From NCBI GenBank assembly GCA_038087875.1, contig JAXLNO010000113.1:62001-126000 (forward strand): a DNA stretch of 64,000 nucleotides. Direction: 5' to 3'. The notes beneath the pieces are model-generated. The model was not told the origin of the DNA. It did no database searches and saw only the letters and a program-made list of their open reading frames with translations. Both the position numbers and the translations under genes were made by a program. Source of the DNA: Malacoraja senta (lineage: Eukaryota). Positions 34,760 through 48,040 of this stretch are shown piece after piece (the stretch's first letter is position 1; every line of letters begins with the position of its first letter).

Positions 34760-36326
34760 CTGGACATAACGATAAAAGACAAATGAGTGGTGTAAATTGC
34801 AACTTCTGCTGCACAATCCCAAAATAAACATATATAATCAAACACAGAAAAAGACGTTAAAAAGTTCAGTTTTGCAATAAGAAGAGAGAAAGCTTTAAAA
34901 ATACATAATAGATTTGTTACCCATGTTTGCTGGGAAGCTGTATTAACCGATCATAATTTCAGCAAATCAAAAAAGATAATTTCTATGTATATAGGTTAGC
35001 CACCTATATGAAAAAAAACATACGAATAACATCTTTCATGGATTCAAGATATCCATAGCACTAATAGTATCTACCCAATTATGAACTGAATTCACTGCAT
35101 TTTCTTTTTGCTTCATAGAGGCTAGTATCTACCATCAAGTTTATTGGAAAATGCACGTTAATCTTTCAATAGGTTCAAAGAAAATACTTCCAGTTTTGTT
35201 TCCTGTGATTGGCTTGAAGGGATTGTGTTGCTAGACCTAAAATGGGCAACTTAGAATGGGTGTTGCTAATTCGACATCTCTGAAGACATTAAGGTATTAA
35301 ACAATAATTCTTGGACAAATGGATGTGAAAGAACAGGTATAATACCCCGAAAGCTCATTTAAAATAAAAAAATCGGGACATAAATGAGGAACATTAACTT
35401 TAACAAACTGGCATAAAGTCATTAAGATTGAGTGCATTTAATCCCCATCAGAAATGTAAAAAAAATTCCAAACTCTTTCAAATGGGCACTTGGTCTAGTT
35501 ACTATTAAAAATGATAGCCATTGTTGCTCAAGTGCAGTGATCCAGGTTCTTAGTAAAACTAAAAAGTTGCAAAATATTTATGGAAACCTTTACGAGCAAA
35601 TTTACAAAAGATTCCAGCCCAATTAAAATACTCCCCAAAATACCAATTATACTTGGTAACTGGTATTTGGAAAATAATAAGAAAAGGTTTCAATGGGACA
35701 ATAGTGAATTTTCAGCTTTATTCACATTATATCACACAGTGCCTCTTAAATCAGATGAATGAAAATTCAGGAAGATCCTGTGGTGCATCCAAAGAACCAA
35801 TGTTAAAACAACTGTTCTCTGATCATAATTTAATAATAACTTTCAATAAATTAATCAAAAAAAGAGGCTGTTTCTCACGGTAGAAGAGTTAACAATCAAA
35901 CATCATAGTTAAGGCAAGGAGATTTTTCTTTATGCAGCATATTATGAAGGCTAGGAAGGAAGTGTCTAAAAGCATACAGTTTTAAGAAATTTTCAATCTA
36001 CACTTCAGATGATGCATAAAACAAATATCTTGGAGGGACAAGATAAAATATCTTATTTTCTTTGCTTTTGCATTCATTTTATAAAGATGGGAAGTGAGGA
36101 TAACTGGGTATTCATAACCAGACACTATTCAAAGTGAGATTGTACAAAAGTTCCAATACAATCAAAGCCTATGTTCTCAGTACTGCTTTACACAGACTTG
36201 GCAACTTAACTACTGTCTACAGACTTGACATGTTAACTACTTTCTTTGTAATTTTGTCTAATCGATCTTCCATTCACATTTACTGCTTATCCAAATGACT
36301 TTTTAAGGCCATTGCAGTGTTCACTG

Positions 36327-37953
36327 GTGTTCACAAACAATCTACCTGATGTACTAGTGGCCAGAGGATCTGGGGTGATGGAGGAACTGAAGGAAATCCA
36401 CTTTAGGCAGGAAATGGTGTTGGGTGGACAGATGGGACTGAAGGCTGATAAATCCCCAGGGCCTGATGGTCTGTATCCCAGGGTACTTAAGGAAGTGGCT
36501 CTAGAAATCGTGGACGCATTGGTGATAATTTTCCAATGTTCTATAGATTGAGGATCAGTTCCTGTGGATTGGAGGGTAGCTAATGTTATCCCACTTTTTA
36601 AGAAAGGCGGGAGAGAAAACAGGGAATTATAGACCAGTTAGCCTGACGCCAGTGGTGGGGAAGATGCTGGAGTCAATCATAAAAGATGAAATAGCGGCAC
36701 ATTTGGATAGCGGTAACAGGATCGGTCCGAGTCAGCATGGATTTATGAAGGGGAAATCATGCTTGACAATCTTCTGGAATTTTTTGAGGATGTAACTAGG
36801 AAAATGGACAAGGAAGAGCCAGTGGATGTAGTGTACCTGGACTTTCAGAAAGCATTTGATAAGATCCCACATAGGAGATTGGTGGGCAAAGTTAGGGCAC
36901 ATGGTATTGGGGGTAGAGTGCTGACATGGATGGAGAATTGGTTGGCAGACAGGAAACAAAGAGTGGGGATTAACAGGTCCCTTTCAAAATGGCAGGCAGT
37001 GACTCGTGGGGTACCGTAAGGCTCGGTGCTGGGACCGCAGCTATTTACAATAAACATCAATGATTTAGATGAAGGGATTCAAAGTAACGTTAGCAAATTT
37101 GCAGATGACACAAAGCTGGGTGGCAGTGTGAACTGTGAGGAGGATGCTATGAGAATGTAGGGTGACTTGGACAGGTTGGGTGACAGGAAGGCAGATTATT
37201 ATCTAAATGGTGTCAAGTTGGGAAAAGGGGAAGGACAACAAGATCTGGTGGTTCTTGTTCATCAGACAATGAAAGTAAGCATGCAGGTACAGCAGGCAGT
37301 GAAGAAAGCAAATGACATGTTGGCCTTCATAATAAGAGGAGTTGAGTATAGGAGCAAAGAGGTCCTTCTGCAGTTGTATAGGGCCCTAGTGAGACCACAC
37401 CTGGAGTATTGTGTGCAGTTTTGGTCCCCTAATTTGAGGAAGGACATTACTGCTATTGAGGGAGTGCAGCGCAGGTTTACAAGGTTAATTCCAGGGATGG
37501 CGGGACTGTCATATGCTGAGAGAATGGACCGGCTGGGCATGTATACGCTAGAGTTTAGAAGGATGAGAGGGGATCTTATTGAAACATATAAGATTATTAA
37601 GGGTTTGGACACGCAAGAGGCAGGAAACATGTTCCCGATGTTGGGGGAGTCCAGAAGCAGGGGCCACTGTTTAAGAATAAGGGGTAAGCCATTTTGAACG
37701 GAGATGAGGAAACACTTTTTTCACACAGAGAGTTGTGAGTCTGTGGAATTCTCTGCCTCAGAGGGCGGTGGAGGCCAGTTCTCTGGATACTTTCAAGAGA
37801 GAGCTAGATAGGGCTCTTAAAGATAGTGGAGTCAGGGGATATGGGGAGAAGGCAGGAACGGGATACTGAGTGGGGATGATCAGCCATGATCACATTGAAT
37901 GGCGGTGCTGGCTCGAAGGGCCGAATGGCCTACTCCTGCACCTATTGTCTATT
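36327..37953 (+). mobile_element. CR1 LINE RT region, 5'-truncated pseudogene
   Basis: [44 protein letters not shown] and RPHLEYCVQFWSP; contains stops and an internal deletion. Confidence 0.92.
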
Positions 37954-40715
37954 GGTTTTCTGGGAACTTTCCATGTGGCCGCTTACTGGAATATTTTGTT
38001 CAATTTTCGCTAATACAGCAGATCTAATTTAGTTTCTTAAATGAGGCAGTCCTCAAATTTCCATGAATCAGTATCTCAATCAACTCAGATGTTGCCACAT
38101 TAAACAGTATCAGCCATTTGTAAAATAACTTGCATTTGAAATCGGCACGAACCCCATTCAATTTCTCCTTACTTCCGAAACGTGCTCTAAGTTTTAGTCA
38201 TCTACCACGTCATTGCAATATTTATGCATTACATTGAGGGGGACAGGTAAGGATATTTAACAGGAAGGTTCTCCAATACCTTAGATACTTTGAAAACTCC
38301 TATTTGATTTGATAGCTTACTCAAAAAAAAAAATCATAAATGGACTCAGGGTTATGGGGAGAAAGCAGGAGAATGGAGTTGAGAGGGAAAGATAGATTGA
38401 ATGGCGAAATAGACTTGATGGGCCGAATGGCCTAGATCTGCTCCAAAAAATTATGCTCGATATCAGTGCAAGGAAAATATAAACTCAAAACTATAGGAAA
38501 TTAACAGGTGATAAATGTCAATCTGGAACTGTTGGAAGAGAAAGAACTGGAGAGGCTTTTAAGATGTGTTATGTTTGATTAGGAGTCCGAAGGAGTGAAA
38601 GGGCAACAAAATGTTATATAAGGGCAGCATAGATTTGGATGAGTTGATTTAAAGGAAGCAGAGGATTGGGAGGCCACCCAGTAGTACAGATGTAGATTCA
38701 AATCTGATGAAGTCAAAAGTACAGATAAGGATTTCAGCAGATGGGCAGATGAAGGAATAATAGCAAATACATGCTCACAAGCATGTTACTTAGGGACAGT
38801 GTTACTAAGGAACAGTTTTGTACATGGCCAGCAGTGGTAGAGTAGATAGAGAACAAACCTTCATATGCTAAATGCACAAAGGATGTTTTTCCGTGGCTGA
38901 TAACATATCTTGAGAATAAGGAGTGACTACTTGAGATCGAGATGAGGATAAATATCTTCAAGCAGAGTGAATCTTTGGAACTCTACACTGGAAGCTCAGT
39001 CATTATGTTAATTCTGAGCAGAGATAGATAGATTTCTGGGCATGAGAGCAAATTGACGGATATGGGGACATGGCACTGGAAAATGGTACTGATATAGAAG
39101 ATCACCCCCAATCTTGAATAATGACAGAGAAGGTTCAAAGAGTTGTTTGGCCGACTCCCAGTTCTTATGTTCTAAGTTATCTTTACAGGACCCAAAGTAT
39201 TATGCAAAAACAGAAGAGAAGCCAATTTTTAAGTAGTTTTGGGTATTAAAGTGGAAATAAAAACATGGAAAGGTCTATTAAGCTGGACAAAATTGGAAGA
39301 ATATTAGAGGATGATGCTTATTGATACGTCAAAAGCAGGTCAAAGGCCAAAGGGAGATATTCTGATATGATCATTTAGGGTACTGATTTTAACTTTGGTT
39401 AACACTGTTTAATTTCTATGACCATTGTAGAAACCTAATAGGGAAGATTTTATTTCGTTGTGATGAATGTCAGCAGATTGAGGGGCAACATCATATTCAA
39501 ATATTTGGGAGGTGAGAAGATTTGTGTTTGAATCAGGCAGATATTTTCAAAGAGAGGATTCAAAGGTTTTAACAGAGGCAAAGAGGACAACATTTGAGTG
39601 CATGAATTGCACATTGAAAATGAAATGAGCTTAGACAGAGGAAAATTACGGTAGAAGGAAAAAGGCTTGATAGAAACTTGGTTTGCTTAATCTTGGAATA
39701 TGCAGTATATGCAGAGGAGAATGCACTAATATAGTCCAGTCAGATCTAATAGCTAAATCAACCAAGCAATGCACAAGACTGCTTTTTTTGAGTTTGAGTG
39801 ACCAAGATGGGGACGGTATTCCAGAGATTGAACAGAATAGGAGAGAATTTATGGCAAGAGTCAAGAGCTTTTTTTGCAGGATATGAATCTTCAAGCTTCT
39901 GAGCAGAAATTTAAGGGGTCATTTACATTTATTTCAAAGTATCAATGTAAAGACAAGGAATAAGAGTTTTACTGAAGATAATTTGAAGACGTTATATAGG
40001 TCTGTTACTTATATGTAGAGAGCTGTAACAATCAGATAAGCAAACAATAAGAGCAAATCAATCAATCAAGACCAAAAGTGGTGTTTTGAAAGTATGTTTT
40101 TTTCCCCCCAAAGGTCAATGATAGAGAGCATGGTAAGAAGTATCCAAATTCAACAGCTGGTGCTTAGCAGTACCAAGGTTTGGTTTACAACCGAGTTGAA
40201 TTCAACTGGAACAGAGTAGGGACAATGTAAAAACATGAATGCAGTAGGCCACCATTAAAAGCATCTGCACAAAGTGTTGCCTCAAGAAGACAGCTGCAAA
40301 GTAAAGCCCTAGTTGAGTTTGACACAAATGTCTAAAACTTGATAAAACTCAACCATACATAATTCCACATCTATAAATGCAATTAAATGTTTCACTAGCT
40401 TTCGTCATTTTCTTTTTAATACCTCTGAATGCAGACTATCCATAGGAGTCACGGCGTCCACTTTTAACAGATTCATATATACTGTTTACAAGTCTTTTAA
40501 TTTCACACTATCCAACTCCACCTCTGCTGTGCTGTGAAAATTGTTATCTGCTTCCAGCAAATCTTCTTCCTCCTCTTGTTGAGAGCCATTAGTTTTAGAG
40601 GACTAATTATCATTTAAGGTTCCAGATTGTGTGTATGTGTTTGAGTGTGTATACATGAGAGTGCCATTTGACTTCATGCCAGCCTTTCAATAAGATCATG
40701 GTTGATTTATTTATT

Positions 40716-40829
40716 TACACATACACATATACATATACACACACATACATACACACACATACATACACACACACATATATGAATATATATATATACGCAT
40801 ATATATGCATATATATATATGCATATATA
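40716..40829. repeat. Compound (CA)/(TA) microsatellite
   Basis: Read directly from the sequence. Confidence 0.9.
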
Positions 40830-42340
40830 ACCATATAACTATATAACAATTACAGCACGGAAACAGGCCATCTCGGCCCTTCTAGTCCGTGCCGAACACT
40901 TACTCTCACCTAGTCCCATCTACCTGCACTCAGACCATAACCCTCCATTCCTTTCCCGTCCATGTACCTATCCAATTTATTTTTAAATGATAAAATCGAA
41001 CCTGCCTCCACCACTTTCATTGGAAGCTCATTCCACACAGCTACCACTCTCTGAGTAAAGAAGTTCCCCCTCATGTTACCCCTAAACTTTTGTCCCCTAA
41101 TTCTCAAATCATGTCCTCTTGTTTGAATCTTCCCTACTCTCAATGGAAAAAGCTTATCCACGTCAACTCTGTCTATCCCTCTCATAATTTTAAAGACCTC
41201 TATCAAGTCCCCCCTTAACCTTCTGCGCTCCAAAGAATAAAGACCTATCTTGTTCAACCTTTCTCTGTAACTTAGGTGCTGAAACCCAGGCAACATTCTA
41301 GTAAATCTCCTCTGTACTCTCTCTATTTTGTTGACATCTTTCCTATAATTTGGCGACCAGAATTGTACACCATATTCCAGAATTGGCCTCACCAATGCCC
41401 TGTACAATTTTAACATTACATCCCAACTTCTATACTCAATGCTCTGATTTATAAAGGCCAGCACACCAAAAGCTCTCTTTACCACCCTATCTACATGAGA
41501 TTCCACCTTCAGGGAACTATGCACAGTTACTCCTAGATCCCTCTGTTCTACTGCATTCCTCAATTCGCTACCATTTACGTCCTATTTTGATTTGTCCTAC
41601 AAAGATGTAGCACCTCACACTTATCAGCATTAAACTCCATCTGCCATCTTTCAGCCCACTCTTCCAAATGGCCCAAATCTCTCTGTAGACTTTGAAAATC
41701 TACTTCATTATCCACAACACCACCTATCTTAGTATCATCTGCATACTTACTAATCCAATTTACCACACCATCATCCAGATCATTGATGTATATAACAAAC
41801 AACAGTGGACCCAACACAGATCCCTGAGGCATCCCACTAGTCACCGGCCTCCAACCTGACAAACAGTTATCCACCATTACTCTCTGGTATCTCCCATTCA
41901 GCCACTGTTGAATCCATCTTGCTACTCCACTATTAATACCCAACAATTGAACCTTCTTAACCAACCTTCCATGTGGAACCTTGTCAAAGGCCTTACTGAA
42001 GTCCATATAGACAACATCCACTGCTTTACCCACATCAATTTCCCTAGTAACCTCTTCAAAAAATTCAAGATTAGTCAAACATGACCTTGTTGACTGTTCA
42101 AAGGTTAATTGGTCACATACACCATAGGTGTAGTGAAATGCTTGTTGCCAATCAAACCCTGTTTATCCAGATGATTATATATATTATCTCTGTATCCTTT
42201 CCATTAATTTGCCCACCACTGACGTCAAACTAACAGGTCTATAATTGCTAGGTTTTCTCTTAGAACCCCTTTTAAACAAAGGAAGAAGCGAAGTACGCCA
42301 ATCCTCCGGCACCATTCCCATTTCTAATGACATTTGAAAT
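40830..42340 (-). mobile_element. CR1 LINE of a second subfamily (HER1-like tail), 5'-truncated
   Basis: VDVVYMDFSKAFDKVPH, PQGSVLGP, YADDTK and RRLRGDLIEVFKI; 3' tail GGCCTGTTTCCGTGCTGT. Confidence 0.92.
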
Positions 42341-42859
42341 TATTTCTATATATATGCATGTATGTGTAAATAAATAAATTAACCATGATCTTATTGAAAG
42401 GCTGGCATGAGGTTAAATGGCTCTCTCAAACATCAGCTTCTTATGCCTTTATGACAGAATAATGAACAATACAGAGAGATGGATCTTGAGACCATGTCCA
42501 GTTCTCTGAAGATAGCAGTTAAAAAGTGGTAAAGCAGCAGACAAAATGTTTGCCTTTATTAACCAAGACATAGTACACAAGAGCAGGGAATCCAAAGTAT
42601 AATATAGCATATGCGCCAATGTATGACCAATATATATAGCTCTGGTCACCATACTGCAGAAAGAATGCAATAATATAATAAAGGGTGCAGAAAAGTACAG
42701 CTTCTATTAGAAGGGGAGAACTAGTCATAAGCAAAGAGTGATTGGGCTTGGGTTCCTTTCTTTGGAGGCAAGGAGCAATTGAATTAAGTTGTGTAGAATT
42801 ATAAAAAAAATGGTAGACAGGAAGGGTGCAATTATTTTAGGTGAAGAACAATAATGAAG

Positions 42860-42990
42860 TATGTCAGTCTGAAGAAGGGTCTCGACCCAAAACGTTGCCT
42901 ATTTCCATCGCTCCATAGATGCCTCACCCGCTGAGTTTCTCCAGCATTTCTGTCTATCTTCGATTTTCCAGCATCTGCAGTTCCTTCGTA
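42860..42990 (+). mobile_element. 131-bp hammerhead-headed Penelope tail insertion
   Basis: Begins a few nt before CTGAAGAAGGGTCTCGACCCAAAACGTT (core G changed to A) and ends with GCAGTTCCTTC. 13-bp TSD AACAATAATGAAG at 42847-42859 and 42991-43003. Confidence 0.8.
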
Positions 42991-43380
42991 AACAATAATG
43001 AAGGGATAGTTTTAAGAAAAAATAGTTGAAAAAGTACAGGGTAGGTTCTTGCAAATAGTGATGAGGAAATAGAAAGTAATTCCCCAAAATTATGGAGAAA
43101 ATAGAAATTCTCAACATGCTTGTCCATGATCAGCCATGATCACATTGAATCATGGTGCTGGCTCGAAGGGCCGAATGGCCTACTGCATCTATTGTCTATT
43201 GTCATAACCTTCAAAGGTTACCAACCATACTCTGGGGATATGGGAAAGTCTAAACACCTATTTTTGATTTCCATGGATATATGCTGTAAGGCTCCTCTTT
43301 TGCCACAACTATTTATTAATTAATAAGGATTGATTTGGAAACCACAAAACAAATGTAGGTGCAGGTAGTTCTGCTATAGT

Positions 43381-43678
43381 TGGCACAGTGGTGCAGCTGT
43401 AGAGCTGCTACCTCACAGCGCCAGATACTCTGTTTCAATCCTGACCTCGGGTGCTCTCTGTATGGAGTTTGCACATTCTCCCTGTGATCTTGTGGGTTTA
43501 CTCCGGTTTTCTCCAAAAGACATGCGGGTTTGTCGGTCACTGTAAATGTCCCCTAATGTGTATTGAGTGAACAAGAAAGTGAGATGAGCAGCTGATGAAA
43601 GTGAACTAGTGTGCACGGGTGATGGATGGTCGGTGTGGACTCAGTGGGCCAAAGAGCCAGTTTCCATGCTGGACCTTG
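43381..43678 (+). mobile_element. tRNA-derived V-SINE (HE1-like)
   Basis: tRNA-like head with A- and B-box-like motifs, V-domain core TGGAGTTTGCACATTCTCCCTGTGA, and a CR1-derived tail GGGCCAAAGAGCCAGTTTCCATGCTG. Confidence 0.8.
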
Positions 43679-46600
43679 AAACAAAAATGAGCGTTTCCAT
43701 AATGTGAACGATGTAATGCGAGTGATGAATAAGGAAACACTATTTGCATTAAACGGGGCGAATTAGATATAATGCAATTTCAATTGGGAATGAGATAACC
43801 ACTTAAAAGTTACATAGGAAATTAACAAGCAGAAAAAGCTGGTTTACATTTAAACAGGATAGGGGGAAAATATTGTTCCCCACAGTGATCAGACACCATT
43901 GTCTGTAAAGAACACAGCTGCTACTTTAACTGCGTCAGGCCACTGAAATTGATAAGCAATAGCTTGCATTGACACTTGTGCAGGGTTACCTATTAAACAA
44001 TGTCACATGCAGCCTTTGGTATATTTAGCTTGCAGTGATAAAAACGAACCTGCAGATACAAAATCACTTGCAGCCAATACAAAACTATATTTTTGAAAAT
44101 CCTGTAGTAAAAGTAACTTCGTAATTGCAATTCTGTAACTCGAGCCCTTAATCCTCTTTCCTCATTGTTCATAACACAATTTTCTATAACACAAGGTTTA
44201 TCAGGAACACAACTATTGTGTTATAGCAGATCTACCTGCTTGACAATTTCAGCAATTTAGGCTGGATGTAGTTGGGTGATATTACGTTAGCAAACAGATG
44301 GGACATGCAGCCAGAAATTCCCTTTGGGAGTGAAATACAATAGGAAGGCTATGAACAGTCTGAGTCAAGCTTAGATGCAAGTTCTGGGCTGGAATGAGTA
44401 GCCAAGGAATGAAATTTGTAGTGAGTCCAAAAACAATGGCTAAGGTCTTTCCAATATTTAAATATAGCTCCCTCCATTCTCCATCCTCATCAGCCTCATC
44501 TCTAATTACATCATATGATATCCATATTTTTTTCGTATGTCGGCAGTTCTGTTGCCAAGCGAAGCTCAATTCTTTTCTAGTTGCTGCAATTATATATTTT
44601 GAATGCATACTTCAGAAATTACACCAAGATTGCGCAAACTTATTTAATGTAACCCATTTTATTCCAAGAGACCGTTAGGCCGGCCCGAGCCAAAAATCGG
44701 ACCAATTTATACTATTCTGTAGTACACTATTTTACCCAGCTGCAAATAAGATTGGCTTGCAAGGATAGCTCTATTTACATGGGTTAATTAAAAAATACAA
44801 ATTTAAAAAACAACAAAAAAACTTAGTTTTGCCTTCAGTAAGAAAACAGAACATCTGATTTTATTGTTCAGCAATGAGGTCAATAGTACACACTGCAATC
44901 TTCTTATTGAGGTTTGTAAGTGCAAGCTCATCTTTCTTTTTTCTTCTGAGACCATTGCTCCCCCATTCCTCCATCTTGTTCCATTAAACTGCCAAAGGAT
45001 CCATCTTCTTCCAAAGTTAAAATCGAGTATCCTGCTAGCACCTTTTACTCCAACAGAAAATGCTGTGAATATTCAGCAGGTCTGGCAGCATCAAAATAGA
45101 GCTAACTTTTCAGGTCACTTTCATCAGAGTACCTGGGAAAATGGTGAAGTGTCTTTGACTTGAAATTTTAACTCTGTTTCTCTTTGAACAGATGTTGCCT
45201 GATCCGTTGAACATTTCCAACATTTGGTTTTATGCAGGTCTTGTTTCAGTTAAAAAAACCCTCACATTCCAAGGATCTAAAATCCAAAATTGCACATCTC
45301 ATATAATCTACTCACATTAAAAACAAAGTTGACATTGGATAACTAATTAATATACTTAATCGTGCCTGTATATTTTTACTCTTCAATCAGGTTTCGACTA
45401 TAAAAAGGAATTCAAACTCACATAAAGCATTTTTAATGCATGTCTCAATTTACACTATTGTAATATAACCAAAGGGTTTGATGCCAAAATAATAGTTATA
45501 GCTGAAGACATTTCTCATTTTGAGACAATGAATTCTGGTGTGAAATTATATAAATATTGCCATGGACTTGGCAGTAAAACAATAATTTGCATTTATATTG
45601 TGCCTTTAAGATAATCATCCCATGGTGCTTTCAGATATATAATAAAAAAAATAATGGATATTAAAATGAAAAATTGCATATATTGGGACATGACCAAAGA
45701 GTATACTAAAGAACAATGGGAAATGGACAGCAGAAAGATTTTCTAGAAAAAATTCCAGAATACCAGACTACGTTTAAGTTTTTCAGATAGTGGCAACATT
45801 TTCAGATTGGAGATGTGAAGGAATGAATCAACAGGTACAGACAATGGATAATCAGGACAGTACATGAAATATGACTTAAATCGTTTATATCGTAGAAACA
45901 TAAGAAGAGCTCACGTCGCCTTAAAAATTCTCATTAATTCAATGTGAACATGGCGGATGCTCCATTAAAAAAATCCACTTCCACGTACAATATGTGCATT
46001 GCTAGATTCTATTGGCATCCAAAACTCTTATCGCTCAGCCTTCCATATACTCATTCACTAAGCACCCACAGCTTGATGGGGTATAGAATTATAGAGAATC
46101 ACGACCCTCTCGAGGAACCAACCTCTACCTCTATATTTCTATTCCTTTTTTCAGCAAAGAAAGAAGCTTCAAAAAAATTGTATATACTTTAATGATACAA
46201 ATGAGTAGTATAGGCTTTCCTACTCAATATAGGGATCTCCTGGTGCATTTATTCTGTAATGCCTCCAAAACAAATACATTATCTCTTGGGAATGGAGCCA
46301 ATACTGCACTCGAGTATAATCCCACCAATTCCCTGTAAAAAAGAAAAGCAGTTCCTTGTTTGCATATTCCAAGATTATTGAGTAGACAAGTCCAGAGGTA
46401 ACAGGGTACAGACCCAAGGAACTGCAGATGCTGCTTAATACAAAGGAGGACACAAAGTGCTGGAGTAACTCAGCAGGTCAGGCAGCATCTCAGGATAAGT
46501 GACGTTTTGGGACTCCCTGACTTGCCGAGATACACCAGCACTGTGTCCAGAAATATCAGAGGTATGGATGAGATGTCATAAAGAGAATCGGCCAAATGCA

Positions 46601-47339
46601 TGTTATTACCAAGATAGAGATACTGTAAGCCTACTTGAGGGGGTAACCAATTTGGGATGAAAAGCTCAGCAGCATGGCTATCAGCAATATTCATGGAATT
46701 ACTATATAATGGAACCAACAATAAATTCTTAACTTGACAAAGGATATTACTGTCCCAAATTGCTTTGTATAAAATGGTTTGCTACATCGATACATGAGAT
46801 TTCAAACTATTAATCTTATTATAAAGTATTATTGAAAATAATTAATTTTTCATTGCCTAATTCAAGTTATTAAACACCAATTCAGGAGGATTTAATTGGT
46901 TGATGAACAATTTTATATGTCTGTAATGCAAACCTGCAACTAATTGGAAATGGTTCATATGCAGTTTATGTGTAATGGATGGTTCACTATTTGAATCTTA
47001 TGTAGATCATTTTTGTTGATGCATAATAATTAATATTCACAAGTTCTTTTCATAGTCATAGTTATGGCAGAACGCATTGATTTAAAAAAGATTAGACTGG
47101 CAGAGCACATCACCACACAATTTCAAAACGATAGTCAATGACACGAAATCAGTGCATATTGCCAGGAAAATATAATTGGCGGCAAAAAAATGATTGTGCA
47201 CGGAAGTTGTAATCAACTCAATCGACCAAGGTCCTCTCAACAATAAATGTTGCATGTGGAACAGTGTTTTAAAAAAAGATTCAAGATATGGGCTTGAGAA
47301 CAAGCAGATATCCAATTGCATTAACACAGCAGGTAATAA

Positions 47340-48040
47340 GTCGACACTGGTTTTTGATAGGAAGATGTTTGGAACAAGGGTCAGATGTAACAGAAGGTGT
47401 GTGACAGGTTGAAGAGTTGTGTTGTGAATCCAGAGCGAGAAAAGGGGTTGGAGGGGATAAATAGGTGTGAGTCTAGGTAGGGCACAGGGGAGGGAAGTGG
47501 GGGGGGGGGGAGGAGGAGTGGTTAATCGAGATTACCTAAAATTAGAGAATTCAATGTTCAGACTGTTGGCTTGTAAGCTACCCAAGAGGAATATGAGATG
47601 CTGTTCTTCCAGTTTGTGTATGGCCTCAGAGTCCCACTATGTATTAACTATCTGTTGAGTTTCACTGTCTGTATTAACTCATTATCACCTATCCCACAGT
47701 CAACAATGGACCATCATGGACCACGTTTCCCTGATTAGCATTGCTTTCTGCATATCTTTCACTCATTTGTCCTAAGTACCATCTTACTCTCTCATTTCCT
47801 TTTCCACTGACTCTCAGTCTGAAGGGTCTTGACCAGAAATGTCACCTATTCCTTTTCTCCAGAGATGCTGCCTGACCCGCTGAGTTACTCCAACTTTTTG
47901 TGTCTTCAGTTTAAACCAGCATCTGCTGTTCCTCCCTACACATTCCGTGTGGCCTCGCTCTGGCAAAGGAGAAGGTCCAGGACAAAGGTCATTGTGGGAA
48001 TGGGAATTTGAATATGGTTAGTAACTGGCAGAGAGGTCAG
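47340..48040. mobile_element. Nested Penelope-like fragments in opposite orientations
   Basis: A minus-strand GIY-YIG tail (47530-47630, resuming at 47946) is interrupted by a plus-strand pLTR with a degenerate hammerhead (47816-47846). gtRtggcctc is repeated at both junctions. Confidence 0.6.

Larger units (their letters stand above)
40657..42427. repeat. Inverted repeat of about 69 bp flanking a microsatellite and a CR1 insertion
   Basis: 40657-40725 is the reverse complement of 42359-42427 with a few substitutions. Confidence 0.85.

Noticed and set aside
43381..43450. tRNA gene
   Set aside because: It is the decayed tRNA-derived head of a SINE; no complete cloverleaf.
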